The notes under the pieces: model-generated
What the model saw: the letters and a program-made list of their open reading frames with translations, nothing else
What the model was told of the DNA's origin: nothing
Database searches by the model: none
Shown here: piece by piece, positions 47,060 to 58,782 of the stretch
Layout: the number at the start of each line of letters is the position of its first letter
Numbering within the stretch: the stretch's first letter is position 1
NCBI GenBank assembly: GCA_004764695.1
Contig: SMSO01000005.1
Span: 1,364,001 to 1,428,000, forward strand
DNA from: Schizochytrium sp. TIO01
Lineage: Eukaryota; Protista; Bigyra: Labyrinthulomycetes
DNA: 64,000 bases
Direction of reading: 5' to 3'
Translations under genes and position numbers: made by a program

Positions 47060-48030
47060 GTACTGCAAGGGAATCAAGGAAGGAGTCAATTATAGTGTAG
47101 TGGTCTTCAAGAAGACATGGGCACTCACTTCTACAAGCTCACCACCTTCTTAGGGCCTTTTAAGATAACCCTTGTTATGCGTGTGATAAAGAAAAAAGGC
47201 ATATACTACATCGGTACTCAGAAGCATTGAGGCAAGAAAAATTGGGAGTATATTCCTAAAGCATTACGCGTTTTGGGGGAGAACCTCGCCAAGTTGACAA
47301 GAAGATATCATCTGATGTGATGGACATTCTTATTTTTCAGGCCAATTCTTAGACCACCAAGGATGTCGATCTCACCGAGCTTGGAGTAAATCGATGTAGT
47401 TGAGATGAAAAACAACTGGTACCAGAAGCATATGAAATGTCAGTACAAAGTTGTTCTTACGGTCACTAGACTGAGACATCGCGTTGTCCGAAGGACTAGA
47501 CCTGCGTACTATCTTCGTGCGGTCCGTTGTGCAGAGATCCAAACTACAATTTGTATGTGCTGGCCAAAAGCAGAAAATCCCTAGTGCTCTGCTCAGCTCT
47601 AAAGAAGGAGCTTTCCAGGATACAGGAGGCATGTCGAATTTCTCCAAATCTTCGACACTTTCCTTAACGCCGCAACGATTATGTGTCGGGCGGACGGGCT
47701 CACATCAAGACGTTGACAAAAAGATTCTTGTTCATTGGCTTTCATGGGATTTTGGTCGACCGAAACTATCTGCTGTCTCTTTCTTGTATTTATGGTCGGT
47801 GATCAGTAACCATTACAACAACAACAAGATGAACCTTACCAAGGTGAAACGCTATTGAGCAAAAATTTCTCAACAAACCGAGTCGTTCGAAAGAATTCAG
47901 GTCAAGATAGAGGAGGTCCTGCAAAAAGTCCGTCTTCCCCATTTGAAAAAAGAAAATACAAAGATTACTATTACAAAATTCAATAAAGAAGCGAGGCTTG
48001 AGAAATGCCTCTCCAGAAATAGATGAAGAC
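47060..48030 (+). pseudogene. Possible decayed coding sequence of unknown origin
   Basis: Successive protein-like segments broken by stops and frameshifts, e.g. EDMGTHFYKLTTFLGPFKITLVMRVIKKKGIYYIG and IQVKIEEVLQKVRLPHLKKE. Confidence 0.3.
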
Positions 48031-49920
48031 AATGCTAGGGTAGCCTTAGAAGAGCGCCATTGTATTTTGATGAAACCAGAATAGCCATTTCTCAACCTCT
48101 ACCTACATCGCAGCTCCCACTTTCATTTCCAACTTGAACTTTCTCTTCTCCTAACCTCTGAAAACAACTAGACATTTATGACCTGTCGTTCTCAGGAGGT
48201 GCACACCACATGCGACTAGGTCTGCACGTAGTGCCTACCTAGCTAGGTACCATCGTAGTTGATGGGTTTCCCACTTTTTAGCAAGCATTGTTTTGGTTGT
48301 AATTGAGAGATCTCAGGACGATCGTCGATTTCGAGCCCAAAGAAGACGGAGCATGTCTGCACTCGGTTGGCCCACCGTCGTTTGATTTTTACTTGGAGAA
48401 GGCCTCGCGCAAAGATTACTCAGGTCTCGATCCGCGAGCTAGCTCTGGGATGGCTTTGTGCATGAATTGGTGGTGGAGGCTGCTGCTCTATCGGCACAGC
48501 ACCACCTCAATTCGTCCGCTGCATTATTCTACTCTAGCTTAGGATTGCTAAATAGAATTGTTTTGTCTATCGTTTATTCCACGTTGGAGATGATATGTGA
48601 ATAAAGGCATGAAGAAGGAAATAATGAAAGAAATGAATAAAGAAATTGGTTGTTTGATTGTGATTGTGTGATTGTTCGTTTGTTTGTTTATTGGTTTGTG
48701 ATTTGTTGTGATAACGCCAACTTCATAGGCCGCTTAGATGGTTCTCTACCCCCCCTTAGGAACACACAACCGTGGACAACAATAAGAATAACCATAGCAG
48801 GTACGTGTCAACTTATAAAAAAACAAAAGAAAAGAAAAGTAAAAGAAACTGATAAGCATTTTCGACTTGGGAGAAAACTCTCAAACAGATCCTGCTCCAC
48901 GCCCTCCCTGGAGAGGCGTGCTGAGGCCCTGGCTTGCTAGGATTCTGGACACCAGGTGCGTTGAAGAGTGTAAGCTTTTGCCAGTTTATGCAGCTTTTAC
49001 AGCAACATCAGCAGGCCACGTTTGGTGGAGCTCAAGACATGCATAAAACTTGCATGGCGTATTCAATTCAATTTGATCTTCCTCTTCCAAATAGTAGATC
49101 TGTATGTAGATAACTGCGGCTCGTATCAACTAGAGGGTATATAACTTAGAGTAAATGCTTTTTTACATAAAAGACTAATTTACAAAAACAATAAAAAGCC
49201 TCGAGAGAAGAAGAGTCGAATTGAAAAGCAAAACAATCAGAACAAGATTGATGTTGTGAGTGAGAAAAAGCTCAGGAAAGAAACACGCAAATTTTTAATA
49301 GACCAAAAAGGCATTTATTTTCTTTTTCTTTTTGATCAAAGTTTTATAAGTTGCATGGCATTGACCGTTCTTTTGCAAATAGCTACTCCTAGGCATGGCT
49401 GTTGGCACGCAGATTTTAGTTCTCCAGGCTTCATCAAGTCTCTTGCCTGCTTCCGCAATCCCTTCACCAACCGTGTGTGGATTCCCACTCAACCTGAAGC
49501 CGTCTAGTACCAGTTTTAATCAACCTGAAGTAATCAATTTTTTTCACTTAGGTTGCTTTCTGGGGGGCACGGTGCGTGGATCCGGCGTTTCCCTTCCCAC
49601 TTCCTTCATACCTTGGATTACACAAAAGCCTGAAACACTCCCAAGGTAGCCCCCAATCTTGCATATGCTAGAGATTTCCCTAGCCGCCCTGATCGATGGT
49701 GCGGAGATGAGGTGCGTTTAGCCTACTATAGAGTGCCTGTATTCTGTACTTGTTTTCCTGAGTAGAAGTGAAGTAAAGACCTTTTGTACATTATGGTATA
49801 GAATATAGCGTATAGTAAGTTGCCTCAAAAGTAGACTAAACCACCTCGGTTATTCGCCTCGATCAAATCTGCAATCAAAAGCTTCGCAGTCCGTCCGTGC
49901 GAGCACCACTTGCTTGAAGA

Positions 49921-51705
49921 ATGAGCTCCGTCGGCCGGCGCAGCGCCGCTGCGTTGACCCCTCTCGCGCCTCGCGTGACTGCCGCCTATGCTGGCGCCCG
50001 CGGCTTCGCTGCCGCTGCCGCTGATGCTGATGGCTTGAACAAGTACAGCCGCGTTATTACGCAGCCCAAGAGCCAAGGCGCTTCTCAGGCCATGTTGTAC
50101 GCCACTGGCATGAACGAGGCTGACATGAACAAGCCCCAGATTGGAATCTGCTCCGTCGCCTACGAAGGCAACCCCTGTAACATGGGTCTCTATGAGCTCT
50201 CCGAGAAGGTCAAGCAGAGTGTTGTTGATGCTGGTCTTGTTGGATTTCGTTTCCACACCATTGGTGTCAGTGATGGTATCTCCATGGGAACTGACGGTAT
50301 GCGTTACAGTCTTCAGAGCCGTGACATCATCGCCGACTCTATTGAGACTGTCATGAGCGCTCAGTGGTACGACGGTAACATTACCCTCCCCGGCTGTGAC
50401 AAGAACATGCCGGGTGCTCTTATTGCTATGGGCCGCTTCAACCGCCCGTCCCTCATGGTCTACGGAGGTACCATCAAGGCTGGCTGCTCCAGCAAGGGTG
50501 ACAAGCTTGATATTGTTTCCGCTTTCCAGAGTTACGGTCAGATGATCACCGGTCAGATCTCTGAAGAGGAGCGTCAGGATATTGTCCGCCATGCTTGCCC
50601 TGGACCTGGTGCTTGCGGTGGTATGTACACTGCCAACACCATGGCAAGTGCCATTGAGGCTATGGGTATGGCCCTCCCGTACAGCTCCTGTGCCCCTGCT
50701 GAGTCCAAGGAGAAGCGTGAGGAGTGTGCTCGCGCCGGTGAGGCCATCAAGAAGCTCATTGAGCTCGACCTCAAGCCGCGTGACATCATGACCCGCGCCG
50801 CTTTTGAGAACGCAATGACCCTCATCATGGCTCTTGGTGGCTCCACCAACGCCGTTCTTCACTTGATCGCCATGGCCCGCGCTGTCGATGTCCCTCTTGA
50901 CATCAACGACTTCAACAAGATCAGCGACCGTGTGCCTTTCATTGCTGACATGAAGCCCTCCGGCAAGTACGTCATGGAGGACCTCCACGAGGTTGGTGGC
51001 ACCCCGGCTGTGCTCAAGTACCTCCTCGAGAAGGGCATGATCGACGGATCCTGCATGACCGTCACCGGCAAGACCCTCGCTGAGAACCTTGCTGAGCTCC
51101 CTGGCCTCAAGGAGGGCCAGGACATCATCCACACCGTTGAGAACCCCATCAAGGAGACTGGTCACTTGAACATTCTCTACGGTTCCCTCAGCCCGGACTC
51201 TGCTGTTGCCAAGATCACCGGCAAGGAGGGTATGGAGTTCGAGGGCCCTGCCATCTGCTTCGACCGCGAGGAGGACATGGTCGCCGCCATCGAGGAGAAC
51301 CGCATCAAGAAGGGTCACGTCATCATCATCCGCTACCAGGGCCCCAAGGGTGGCCCCGGTCTCCCTGAGGGTCTCAAGGCCACCAGTCTTGTGATTGGTG
51401 CCGGTCTTGGCCCGTACTGTGCTCTTATCACTGACGGTCGCTTCTCTGGTGGCTCCACCGGCTTTGTGATTGGCCACGTGTGTCCTGAGGCTCAGGAGGG
51501 TGGTCCCATCGCTCTTGTCAAGGACGGTGACAAGATCAAGATTGACATCCGCACCCGCAAGATGGACCTTCTTGTCGATGATGCCGAGCTCGAGCAGCGC
51601 CGCAAGGCCTGGGTTGCCCCCCCTCTCAAGTACACCAAGGGTGTTCTTTACAAGTACATCAAGAACGTGCGCCCTGCCTCTGAGGGCTGTGTCACTGATG
51701 CCTAA
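49921..51705 (+). CDS. ILV3: Dihydroxy-acid dehydratase, copy 1, with a mitochondrial-type presequence
   Basis: 2Fe-2S ligands GNPCN, GCDKN and [11 protein letters not shown]; [12 protein letters not shown] and GHVCPEA; Arg/Ala/Ser-rich N-terminus; strong codon bias. Confidence 0.96.
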   Translation: MSSVGRRSAAALTPLAPRVTAAYAGARGFAAAAADADGLNKYSRVITQPKSQGASQAMLYATGMNEADMNKPQIGICSVAYEGNPCNMGLYELSEKVKQSVVDAGLVGFRFHTIGVSDGISMGTDGMRYSLQSRDIIADSIETVMSAQWYDGNITLPGCDKNMPGALIAMGRFNRPSLMVYGGTIKAGCSSKGDKLDIVSAFQSYGQMITGQISEEERQDIVRHACPGPGACGGMYTANTMASAIEAMGMALPYSSCAPAESKEKREECARAGEAIKKLIELDLKPRDIMTRAAFENAMTLIMALGGSTNAVLHLIAMARAVDVPLDINDFNKISDRVPFIADMKPSGKYVMEDLHEVGGTPAVLKYLLEKGMIDGSCMTVTGKTLAENLAELPGLKEGQDIIHTVENPIKETGHLNILYGSLSPDSAVAKITGKEGMEFEGPAICFDREEDMVAAIEENRIKKGHVIIIRYQGPKGGPGLPEGLKATSLVIGAGLGPYCALITDGRFSGGSTGFVIGHVCPEAQEGGPIALVKDGDKIKIDIRTRKMDLLVDDAELEQRRKAWVAPPLKYTKGVLYKYIKNVRPASEGCVTDA

Positions 51706-53197
51706 GTACATCCCTGATCGTCCCTCTCATGCCATGTTGCGTGCATGTTCTTGAGAAACGACACACATATCATCCTATACTCGACCATGTCACGTAAGTA
51801 AATGTAGATTCTACATTCGTTTTTTTAATACGTTTTAATCAGCTTCTGTTGATGATTCCCGCCTTCTGCATTCCGTTTGTTTAAGGTTTTGCTGTTGATT
51901 TCACATTCCTCCTTTTGGTTTAGTTGCTCCAAATTTATATTAGTGCTAGGGTTTGAGCTTTTATTTAAGGAAAGAGTTTGGTAAGAGCGAGTATGTAGGT
52001 AGTCTTAGTACTCAAGTTTCATGACCAAAAAGCATGAATTGTTATTTACCTCCTCATGACTAGGATTAGACAACTTTCTTATCTTACTTATTATACTATC
52101 TTGAAGCTAAAGGGTCGCACATCAGTTCAACAGTCATGACCCGACTTGATCCTTTGGCTTTTGAGTTCAAAATGTATCTTGCGTATTAAAACAGTATCAG
52201 ACTAGTACAATCTACATGGCTAGTGGAAATTAAACCCTATCTCAGCCTAACAAAAGCATTTTCTGCACCGTCTTGGAACAACACAGTATTGATTTTTACG
52301 TTCGCCATAGCCAACACTTATGTCTCAGAAAGTAGGGTAGTCGCATCATGAGATTGATCGATTAAAATTAACTGAATCAAAGTTGAGGAACATTGCGGGA
52401 AGCGCGTTTGCAAATGCGCTTAATCTCTTTCGAAGATGACGACAAATCATCGGTTGATTTACTGGATCAATTGGAAACAGTGAACACGCAGGCATTGCCA
52501 AAACATAGTTCAGGTCAATGTCTCAACAGAACCTGAATGAATCCTGCCTGCATAGTTTTCTAAATGTATTATCGCCTGCTAATGCGTACAATAACATACA
52601 AATTAAAATAAAAGGTGGTCCTCCCTGAGTTCATCCTTGGCTTCGTTTCAGAGCAGTAGGCACAAGATATCTAGGAGCTGCTGCCGTATTGAGTATGAAG
52701 AATTGCAAGTTAGCTGTCAAACCATCGATTTGCACATCGCTTCAGAAGTTGGCAATTAGGTACCTACCTACCTTACCAACCAACTCAAAACATTTCTAGT
52801 CAGGACCATAGGGGCATAGTGTGACAAAGTTATCTAGCTCAATATAAAGCGCATATTGTAGCATATGTAAATATCATCTCAAAACACCCATACTACACCC
52901 TTTATTTCAATTAGAAGAAAAGGTCGAATTGAGGGTAGAGGGACCCTTATAGTCTGTCTCAATCAAAAGCCAGGATTCAGGACTACCTGTGCGGAATCCA
53001 AATCAGAGACACGAGAACTCGATGCAACCAACTCCTTGTAAGGAGAAGGGATGTTGCCAGTGCAGATTTTGAGTAGCAAAACCGATTGGAGAGAGATCTC
53101 CGACGCGACTGATTGAATTGCAGCTCGACAGGCTTAGGTTTGATTGAAGAAGTTATTTTTATTAGTCGTAGTCCCGTTTGTATTGCAAAGAAGAGAA

Positions 53198-54979
53198 ATG
53201 TCTGGAGTCACAAAACGAAGCGCCGTGTTTTTGACACCACGCGTCTCTGCCGCTTACGGCGGAGCTCGTGGACTGGCATCTGCTGTTGATGGCGGAGATG
53301 TTGGTGTGAGAAATAAATACAGTCGCGTGATTACTCAGCCCAAGAGCCAAGGTGCCTCCCAGGCCATGTTGTACGCCACTGGCATGAACGAGGATGATAT
53401 GAATAAGCCCCAGGTTGGAATTTGCTCCGTCGCCTATGAGGGTAACCCATGTAACATGGGTCTCTACGAGTTCTCTGAGAAGGTCAAACAAAGCGTCGTT
53501 GATGCAGGGCTCGTAGGATTCCGTTTTCACACTGCTGGCGTAAGCGATGGTATCTCCATGGGAACGACCGGTATGCGCTACAGTCTCCAAAGTCGTGACA
53601 TCATCGCCGACTCTATTGAGACTGTCATGAGCGCTCAGTGGTACGACGGTAACATTACCCTCCCCGGCTGTGACAAGAACATGCCAGGTGCTCTTATTGC
53701 TATGGGTCGCTTCAACCGCCCGTCCCTCATGGTCTACGGAGGAACAATTCGTGCTGGGTGTTCTAGCAAGGGTGAGAAGCTTGATCTTGTGTCTGCTTTT
53801 CAGAGTTATGGTCAGATGATCACCGGCCAGATCACGGATGAAGAACGCCAGGATATTGTCCGCCATGCTTGTCCTGGACCTGGTGCTTGCGGTGGTATGT
53901 ACACTGCCAACACCATGGCAAGTGCCATTGAGGCTATGGGTATGTCCCTTCCTTATAGCTCCAGTGCTCCTGCAACCGCACCGGAAAAGATTGAAGAGTG
54001 TGCTCGCGCCGGTGAGGCCATCAAGAAGCTCATTGAGCTTGACCTCAAGCCGCGTGACATCATGACCCGCGCCGCTTTTGAGAACGCAATGGTTCTTACG
54101 ATGGCCCTTGGTGGCTCCACCAACGCCGTTCTTCACTTGATCGCCATGGCCCGAGCTGTCGATGTCCCTCTTGATATCAACGACTTCAATCGTGTTTGTG
54201 ACAAGACCCCTCTTTTGGCTGACATGAAGCCCTCCGGCAAGTACGTCATGGAGGACCTCCATGAGATCGGTGGCACCCCGGCTGTGCTCAAGTACCTCCT
54301 CGAGAAGGGCATGATCGACGGATCCTGCATGACCGTCACCGGCAAGACCCTCGCTGAGAACCTTGCTGAGCTCCCTGGCCTCAAGGAGGGCCAGGACATC
54401 ATCCACACCGTTGAGAACCCCATCAAGGAGACTGGTCACTTGAACATTCTCTACGGTTCCCTCAGCCCGGACTCTGCTGTTGCCAAGATCACCGGCAAGG
54501 AGGGTATGGAGTTCGAGGGCCCTGCCATCTGCTTCGACCGCGAGGAGGACATGGTCGCCGCCATCGAGGAGAACCGCATCAAGAAGGGTCACGTCATCAT
54601 CATCCGCTACCAGGGCCCCAAGGGTGGCCCCGGTCTCCCTGAGGGTCTCAAGGCCACCAGTCTTGTGATTGGTGCCGGTCTTGGCCCGTACTGTGCTCTT
54701 ATCACTGACGGTCGCTTCTCTGGTGGCTCCACCGGCTTTGTGATTGGCCACGTGTGCCCTGAGGCTCAGGAGGGCGGTCCCATCGCTCTAGTCAAGGACG
54801 GTGACACCATTAAGATTGATGTGCGTTCTCGTAAGATGGACCTTCTTGTCGATGACGCCGAGCTCGAGCAGCGCCGCAAGGCCTGGGTTGCCCCCCCTCT
54901 CAAGTACACCAAGGGTGTTCTTTACAAGTACATCAAGAACGTGCGCCCTGCCTCTGAGGGCTGTGTCACTGACGAGTAA
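53198..54979 (+). CDS. ILV3: Dihydroxy-acid dehydratase, copy 2 (tandem paralogue)
   Basis: Same motifs as copy 1. ATG at 53198; offset 3274 bp from copy 1. Confidence 0.96.
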   Translation: MSGVTKRSAVFLTPRVSAAYGGARGLASAVDGGDVGVRNKYSRVITQPKSQGASQAMLYATGMNEDDMNKPQVGICSVAYEGNPCNMGLYEFSEKVKQSVVDAGLVGFRFHTAGVSDGISMGTTGMRYSLQSRDIIADSIETVMSAQWYDGNITLPGCDKNMPGALIAMGRFNRPSLMVYGGTIRAGCSSKGEKLDLVSAFQSYGQMITGQITDEERQDIVRHACPGPGACGGMYTANTMASAIEAMGMSLPYSSSAPATAPEKIEECARAGEAIKKLIELDLKPRDIMTRAAFENAMVLTMALGGSTNAVLHLIAMARAVDVPLDINDFNRVCDKTPLLADMKPSGKYVMEDLHEIGGTPAVLKYLLEKGMIDGSCMTVTGKTLAENLAELPGLKEGQDIIHTVENPIKETGHLNILYGSLSPDSAVAKITGKEGMEFEGPAICFDREEDMVAAIEENRIKKGHVIIIRYQGPKGGPGLPEGLKATSLVIGAGLGPYCALITDGRFSGGSTGFVIGHVCPEAQEGGPIALVKDGDTIKIDVRSRKMDLLVDDAELEQRRKAWVAPPLKYTKGVLYKYIKNVRPASEGCVTDE

Positions 54980-55802
54980 ACTTAATTATGCTTACAGGTT
55001 TTCCTGTTAGATATCCTCATGACCTATCATATTTTGATATTCACTACAACCACATTAAAGCCCGAATCACCCATACTTTACTTTCCGTCTGGTCCATTCC
55101 AAAATTTCTTTTCTCTATGAATGTCCTTCATTGACAAAGAAAGGCACGCGTCTGTTCAGTGCTTTGCTCGCATGAATTTCTGCATCATGCGTTTCATTCC
55201 CGGTTAAACCCAAGTAGGTAAATGCTGCAAATCTCATTGTTGTTTTGACTCTTGAATACGACGATGTATTGACCTGATATCTTACATAAGGACGTTTCAC
55301 CTTTGGGGTATATGCAATCTTCAACGCTTCGTTAGGTCCCTTCCTTTTCAATCTTTGTAGTCTTGGTCTTACGCGAAATCACGAAATATGGAGTCTAAAA
55401 TTGCATATATCGGAGTTATATGTACTCCCCAGGCTGTGCCTTCGTTCGTTATGAGGGTCCAACTATTCCGTCTCGCTTCAGCCACGATATCTCCAGTAAA
55501 GTCTAAAAGTCAGGACACTCTCAAATTCTAGTATGCTACTCTTCATCAGGAGGAATGCCTTCCACAGAGAACGAGCAAGGTTCGTTATAGCTATCATAAC
55601 AAGTAGGTTATAGGATCACTCAAGTGACTTATAAGGCTAAAGAAGTGAAACAAACTTTTAAAACAACTACATAGTAGTACCTAAAGAACCTGAATCAATC
55701 AATCACTCGATCCACTCAAAACAAAAGCAAATACCATTGTCATTGAAATCGCTCTCAACGAGGTTCCGTGCTCGTTGTACAAGAACGACAACTGCGGCAC
55801 TA

Positions 55803-56699
55803 ATGGTGGAGCGAAGAAGACGCAACGGTGCACATGGAGTTGCAGATTTTATCTCTCGCCAGCTTGCCCCGCGCGAAGACTGTCAGTATGTAGACGATCA
55901 GACGGCATCGCGTGCATCGGTGGTCACCGCAGCTGCCCTTCGCGATGTGCGACAGAAATCACTCGTGCTTGACTCCTCACGCCGCGAGCGCAGCCGCGAG
56001 GTCGTTAGAGCCCTAGCGAAGCAGCGTGTCCTCTCTGATGTGGCCAGCCGCCGTGTGTCTCACGCTAAGCGTCGTGCAGCTCTCCGCCAGGCGCTTTCTG
56101 CATGCGAGTACGCCGATTTCGAGCCAACCCGGCAGGCGTGGCTTCGCCGTTTCGATGCCCTCAGCGCTGACCGTGCAAAGTCAGGTCTCAAAAACATCAA
56201 CAGTTTCTCTTCTGGTGCATCTGCGGGGTCTCCTGATGCCTCCGCGGTCTCATCACCTGTACTTGAGCTTTCACTGTCCTCAACTTCAAATTTACAAACC
56301 TCTGATTCGGCGCCATCTTCGAAACCGACGACGTCTTCTGCGACTTCAACTTCTGTGGGCACATCCAGGAAGGCTGTACGCGATCACAAGGCATCGTGGG
56401 AATCTCTGGGCAAGTGCCAAGAAATCCGTACGGATGTGCTGAGATCAGTAGGTCTTCTTGGCGCAGAGGTACAGGTGCTCGTAAAGAATGGCAAGCCATT
56501 AGCAAAGCCTTTCTGCGGCACAGTTGTCCACATGGGTTCTGGTGCTTTCCATATCGTAAAGAAAGGCCCTAGATCGTGTAAATCTGTGCAGTGTGTTGCT
56601 TTTCGCCGATCCCAGCTCAAATTCGTGTCCCCACTAGACGGTCTCGGCACCTTCTGGGCAGATGGGCTCGCTGTACCACCTAGGTCTTTGGAGGAGTAG
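55803..56699 (+). CDS. POP4: Divergent RNase P/MRP subunit POP4/RPP29-like protein
   Basis: KSLVLD, then YADFEPTRQAWLRRF (compare Y..FLPLHELW..YI), then LLGAEVQV..GTVV..FHIV beta-barrel pattern. ATG at 55803. Confidence 0.6.
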   Translation: MVERRRRNGAHGVADFISRQLAPREDCQYVDDQTASRASVVTAAALRDVRQKSLVLDSSRRERSREVVRALAKQRVLSDVASRRVSHAKRRAALRQALSACEYADFEPTRQAWLRRFDALSADRAKSGLKNINSFSSGASAGSPDASAVSSPVLELSLSSTSNLQTSDSAPSSKPTTSSATSTSVGTSRKAVRDHKASWESLGKCQEIRTDVLRSVGLLGAEVQVLVKNGKPLAKPFCGTVVHMGSGAFHIVKKGPRSCKSVQCVAFRRSQLKFVSPLDGLGTFWADGLAVPPRSLEE

Positions 56700-57729
56700 T
56701 CTGTTCAAACTTCTTTTCGCTCTTGTTATTTGGAAAAGGGTATATAGAAAGTGTATCGTTTATAAAACCCCAAAGCACCCCTTGAAGAAGCGCTACGAAT
56801 ATGGAGATTCAGAATACACAAGTGACTATGAGTGGTCTATAGTGTAGAGGAGTACAAGTCATAGTGGAAAAGGGTATGCACATTGAAAAAAACGGCGAGA
56901 ACGTGAAGAACAGCAGCGCGTGATATAGAAAGCTTCGGAGCTTTTGAAGATAGAGATCAAGATGCGAATCTGCGATGGAAAATGTATATTTATAAGGTAC
57001 GAAAAGGCCTTCTGCAGTGTATCTAAGAATGGAGATAAATACTAGTAGCGGGAAAAAGTAGAGCCACAGTGAAATGATAAATAAAATAGCAACCGAAATA
57101 GCAACCGAGTTATAAATCAAGCGAAGATTACTCAATTAGTGATTCAATTGAATTTACCTGTTCCTGGTTCACTTCTTCTTCATCATTTCAGGAATCCTGT
57201 GTTTTGTTTAACTTTAGTTTTCACCAAAATAAAAGATCTTTTGCTGGTCATGTATCTTCTGAAGGGTGGCGCTCCTCCACACAAGATTTAATTTGACTAT
57301 GCAAATATTTATTGACTGCAGTGGGACGTTATTCTTTTATTCATATGTTTCTGAAGCACATAATTTGTTGGTCGTTGTTTGATCGATAAATCAACTCTGA
57401 TCGTCGATCTATCAATCAATGTTGATTTCATTTCCTAAACGTAAAAAATCTGAAAGACATGTTCGAAAACCAAATGGAACACCCATAAGAAGTCTTACTA
57501 ACTACTAATCTCTGTTCACTTGTTTATTAATAAAGCAAGGAAAAGGTAATAAAGCGTTAACAAGTGTTTTTTTTATTTTAAAAGGTAAAAAAGGAAGCCC
57601 AAGAAGAATAAGAACAACAACAACAACAACAACAACAATGAGATTGAAATGAAGAAAGTAGAGCTGTGACAACAACGACGGCAACAACGACAACGAAGGC
57701 CCAGAGGAGGAGGACGCGAGAAGAGGAGG

Positions 57730-58782
57730 ATGTCGGACTCACTGCAGAGACGCAAGCTGAGGCAGGTAAAGAGGTTTGACCCTGAGGCGAAGGAGATCCT
57801 TGCCTCGGCTCTCTTCGTGGCAGTGTATGTGTATGATGAGGATGGCCAGGAGTGGGAGCGCGAAGATATTGAGGGCCCGCTGTTCCTGGTGGGACGCGAG
57901 GGAGAGCCGAAGCACGCACTCGTGGTCGTGAACAGGTCCTCGTCGAAGAACCTCGTTCAGCCTGTATCAGACGATACCGAGTTTGACTTCTCAGAGTCCT
58001 ACGTCATGTTCAGGTGTGATACTGGAGTTTACAGCCTTTGGTTTAACAGTAAGGATGAACACGAGCAAGTCAAGGAGGCCCTTGAGAATATTACAAAAGG
58101 AGATCAACAGCAAGAGCATCATCAGCAAGAAGCCATGCCAGAGCTTCTCAAAGATATGTTCCAACAGGCAGCTGCAGAGACTAAAACCACGGAGGAAACC
58201 TCCAACGGCGATGCGTCTTCCACCCCACAAAAAGTCCCGGCATCGTTCTCCGGAGCGAATGCCGCAGGCGACTTTGAGCTTAGCAAGGAGCAGATGAAGG
58301 ATGTCCTTCTAAGGCTCGTACAAACTGACAAGTTTATCGATATTCTGCACAACCAGTATCTGCGGACTCGCGCTGCTGCGTCTGGAGGCCAGCCTTCTGC
58401 TGGCAGTTCTATTGCTAATCGAGCCTCTCCACAACACGCACCGCAACACCCGCCGAGCTTCTTGCAGCATCCCCACCAACACCAGCAACATGGGGACCGA
58501 GGTGTCCATCATGGTCATGGACACCCAGGCCAAATGGCACCTCTGGCTCCTTCCCCGCTGCGGCAGCCAGGATATGGCATGCAGCCCATGTACGGACAGC
58601 CGATGATGTACCCTCATCACCCTCAGCAGCATGCGCCACACTTTTCTATGGGTCATTCACCGCCGCCCAACCCCAACATGCCACACCCTGGCATGAATCA
58701 GGTCGGCGCAAGGATGACTCCTCCACCTCACCCTCAACAGCAGCAGCAGCAGCAACAACAACAACATCCGCATCAACAGTAG
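57730..58782 (+). CDS. DCP1: mRNA-decapping activator DCP1
   Basis: EVH1 domain (KRFDPEAKEILASA..WEREDIEGPLF..VVNRSS..YSLWF), trimerisation helix LSKEQMKDVLLRLVQTDKFIDILHNQY, and a Q/P/H-rich tail. Confidence 0.92.
   Translation: MSDSLQRRKLRQVKRFDPEAKEILASALFVAVYVYDEDGQEWEREDIEGPLFLVGREGEPKHALVVVNRSSSKNLVQPVSDDTEFDFSESYVMFRCDTGVYSLWFNSKDEHEQVKEALENITKGDQQQEHHQQEAMPELLKDMFQQAAAETKTTEETSNGDASSTPQKVPASFSGANAAGDFELSKEQMKDVLLRLVQTDKFIDILHNQYLRTRAAASGGQPSAGSSIANRASPQHAPQHPPSFLQHPHQHQQHGDRGVHHGHGHPGQMAPLAPSPLRQPGYGMQPMYGQPMMYPHHPQQHAPHFSMGHSPPPNPNMPHPGMNQVGARMTPPPHPQQQQQQQQQQHPHQQ

Noticed and set aside
49825-51711. 628-aa antisense ORF (also 53162-54751 and 27853-28785)
   Set aside because: Shadow frames of strongly codon-biased sense genes (ILV3, PP5); no independent motifs.
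52400-52421. Imperfect palindrome AAGCGCGTTTGCAAATGCGCTT between the ILV3 copies
   Set aside because: Single, imperfect and not shared with the copy 1 upstream region; could be chance.
44632-56699. Self-resistance biosynthetic cluster around the duplicated DHAD
   Set aside because: No PKS, NRPS, terpene cyclase or P450 in the window; the recognisable neighbours are housekeeping genes.
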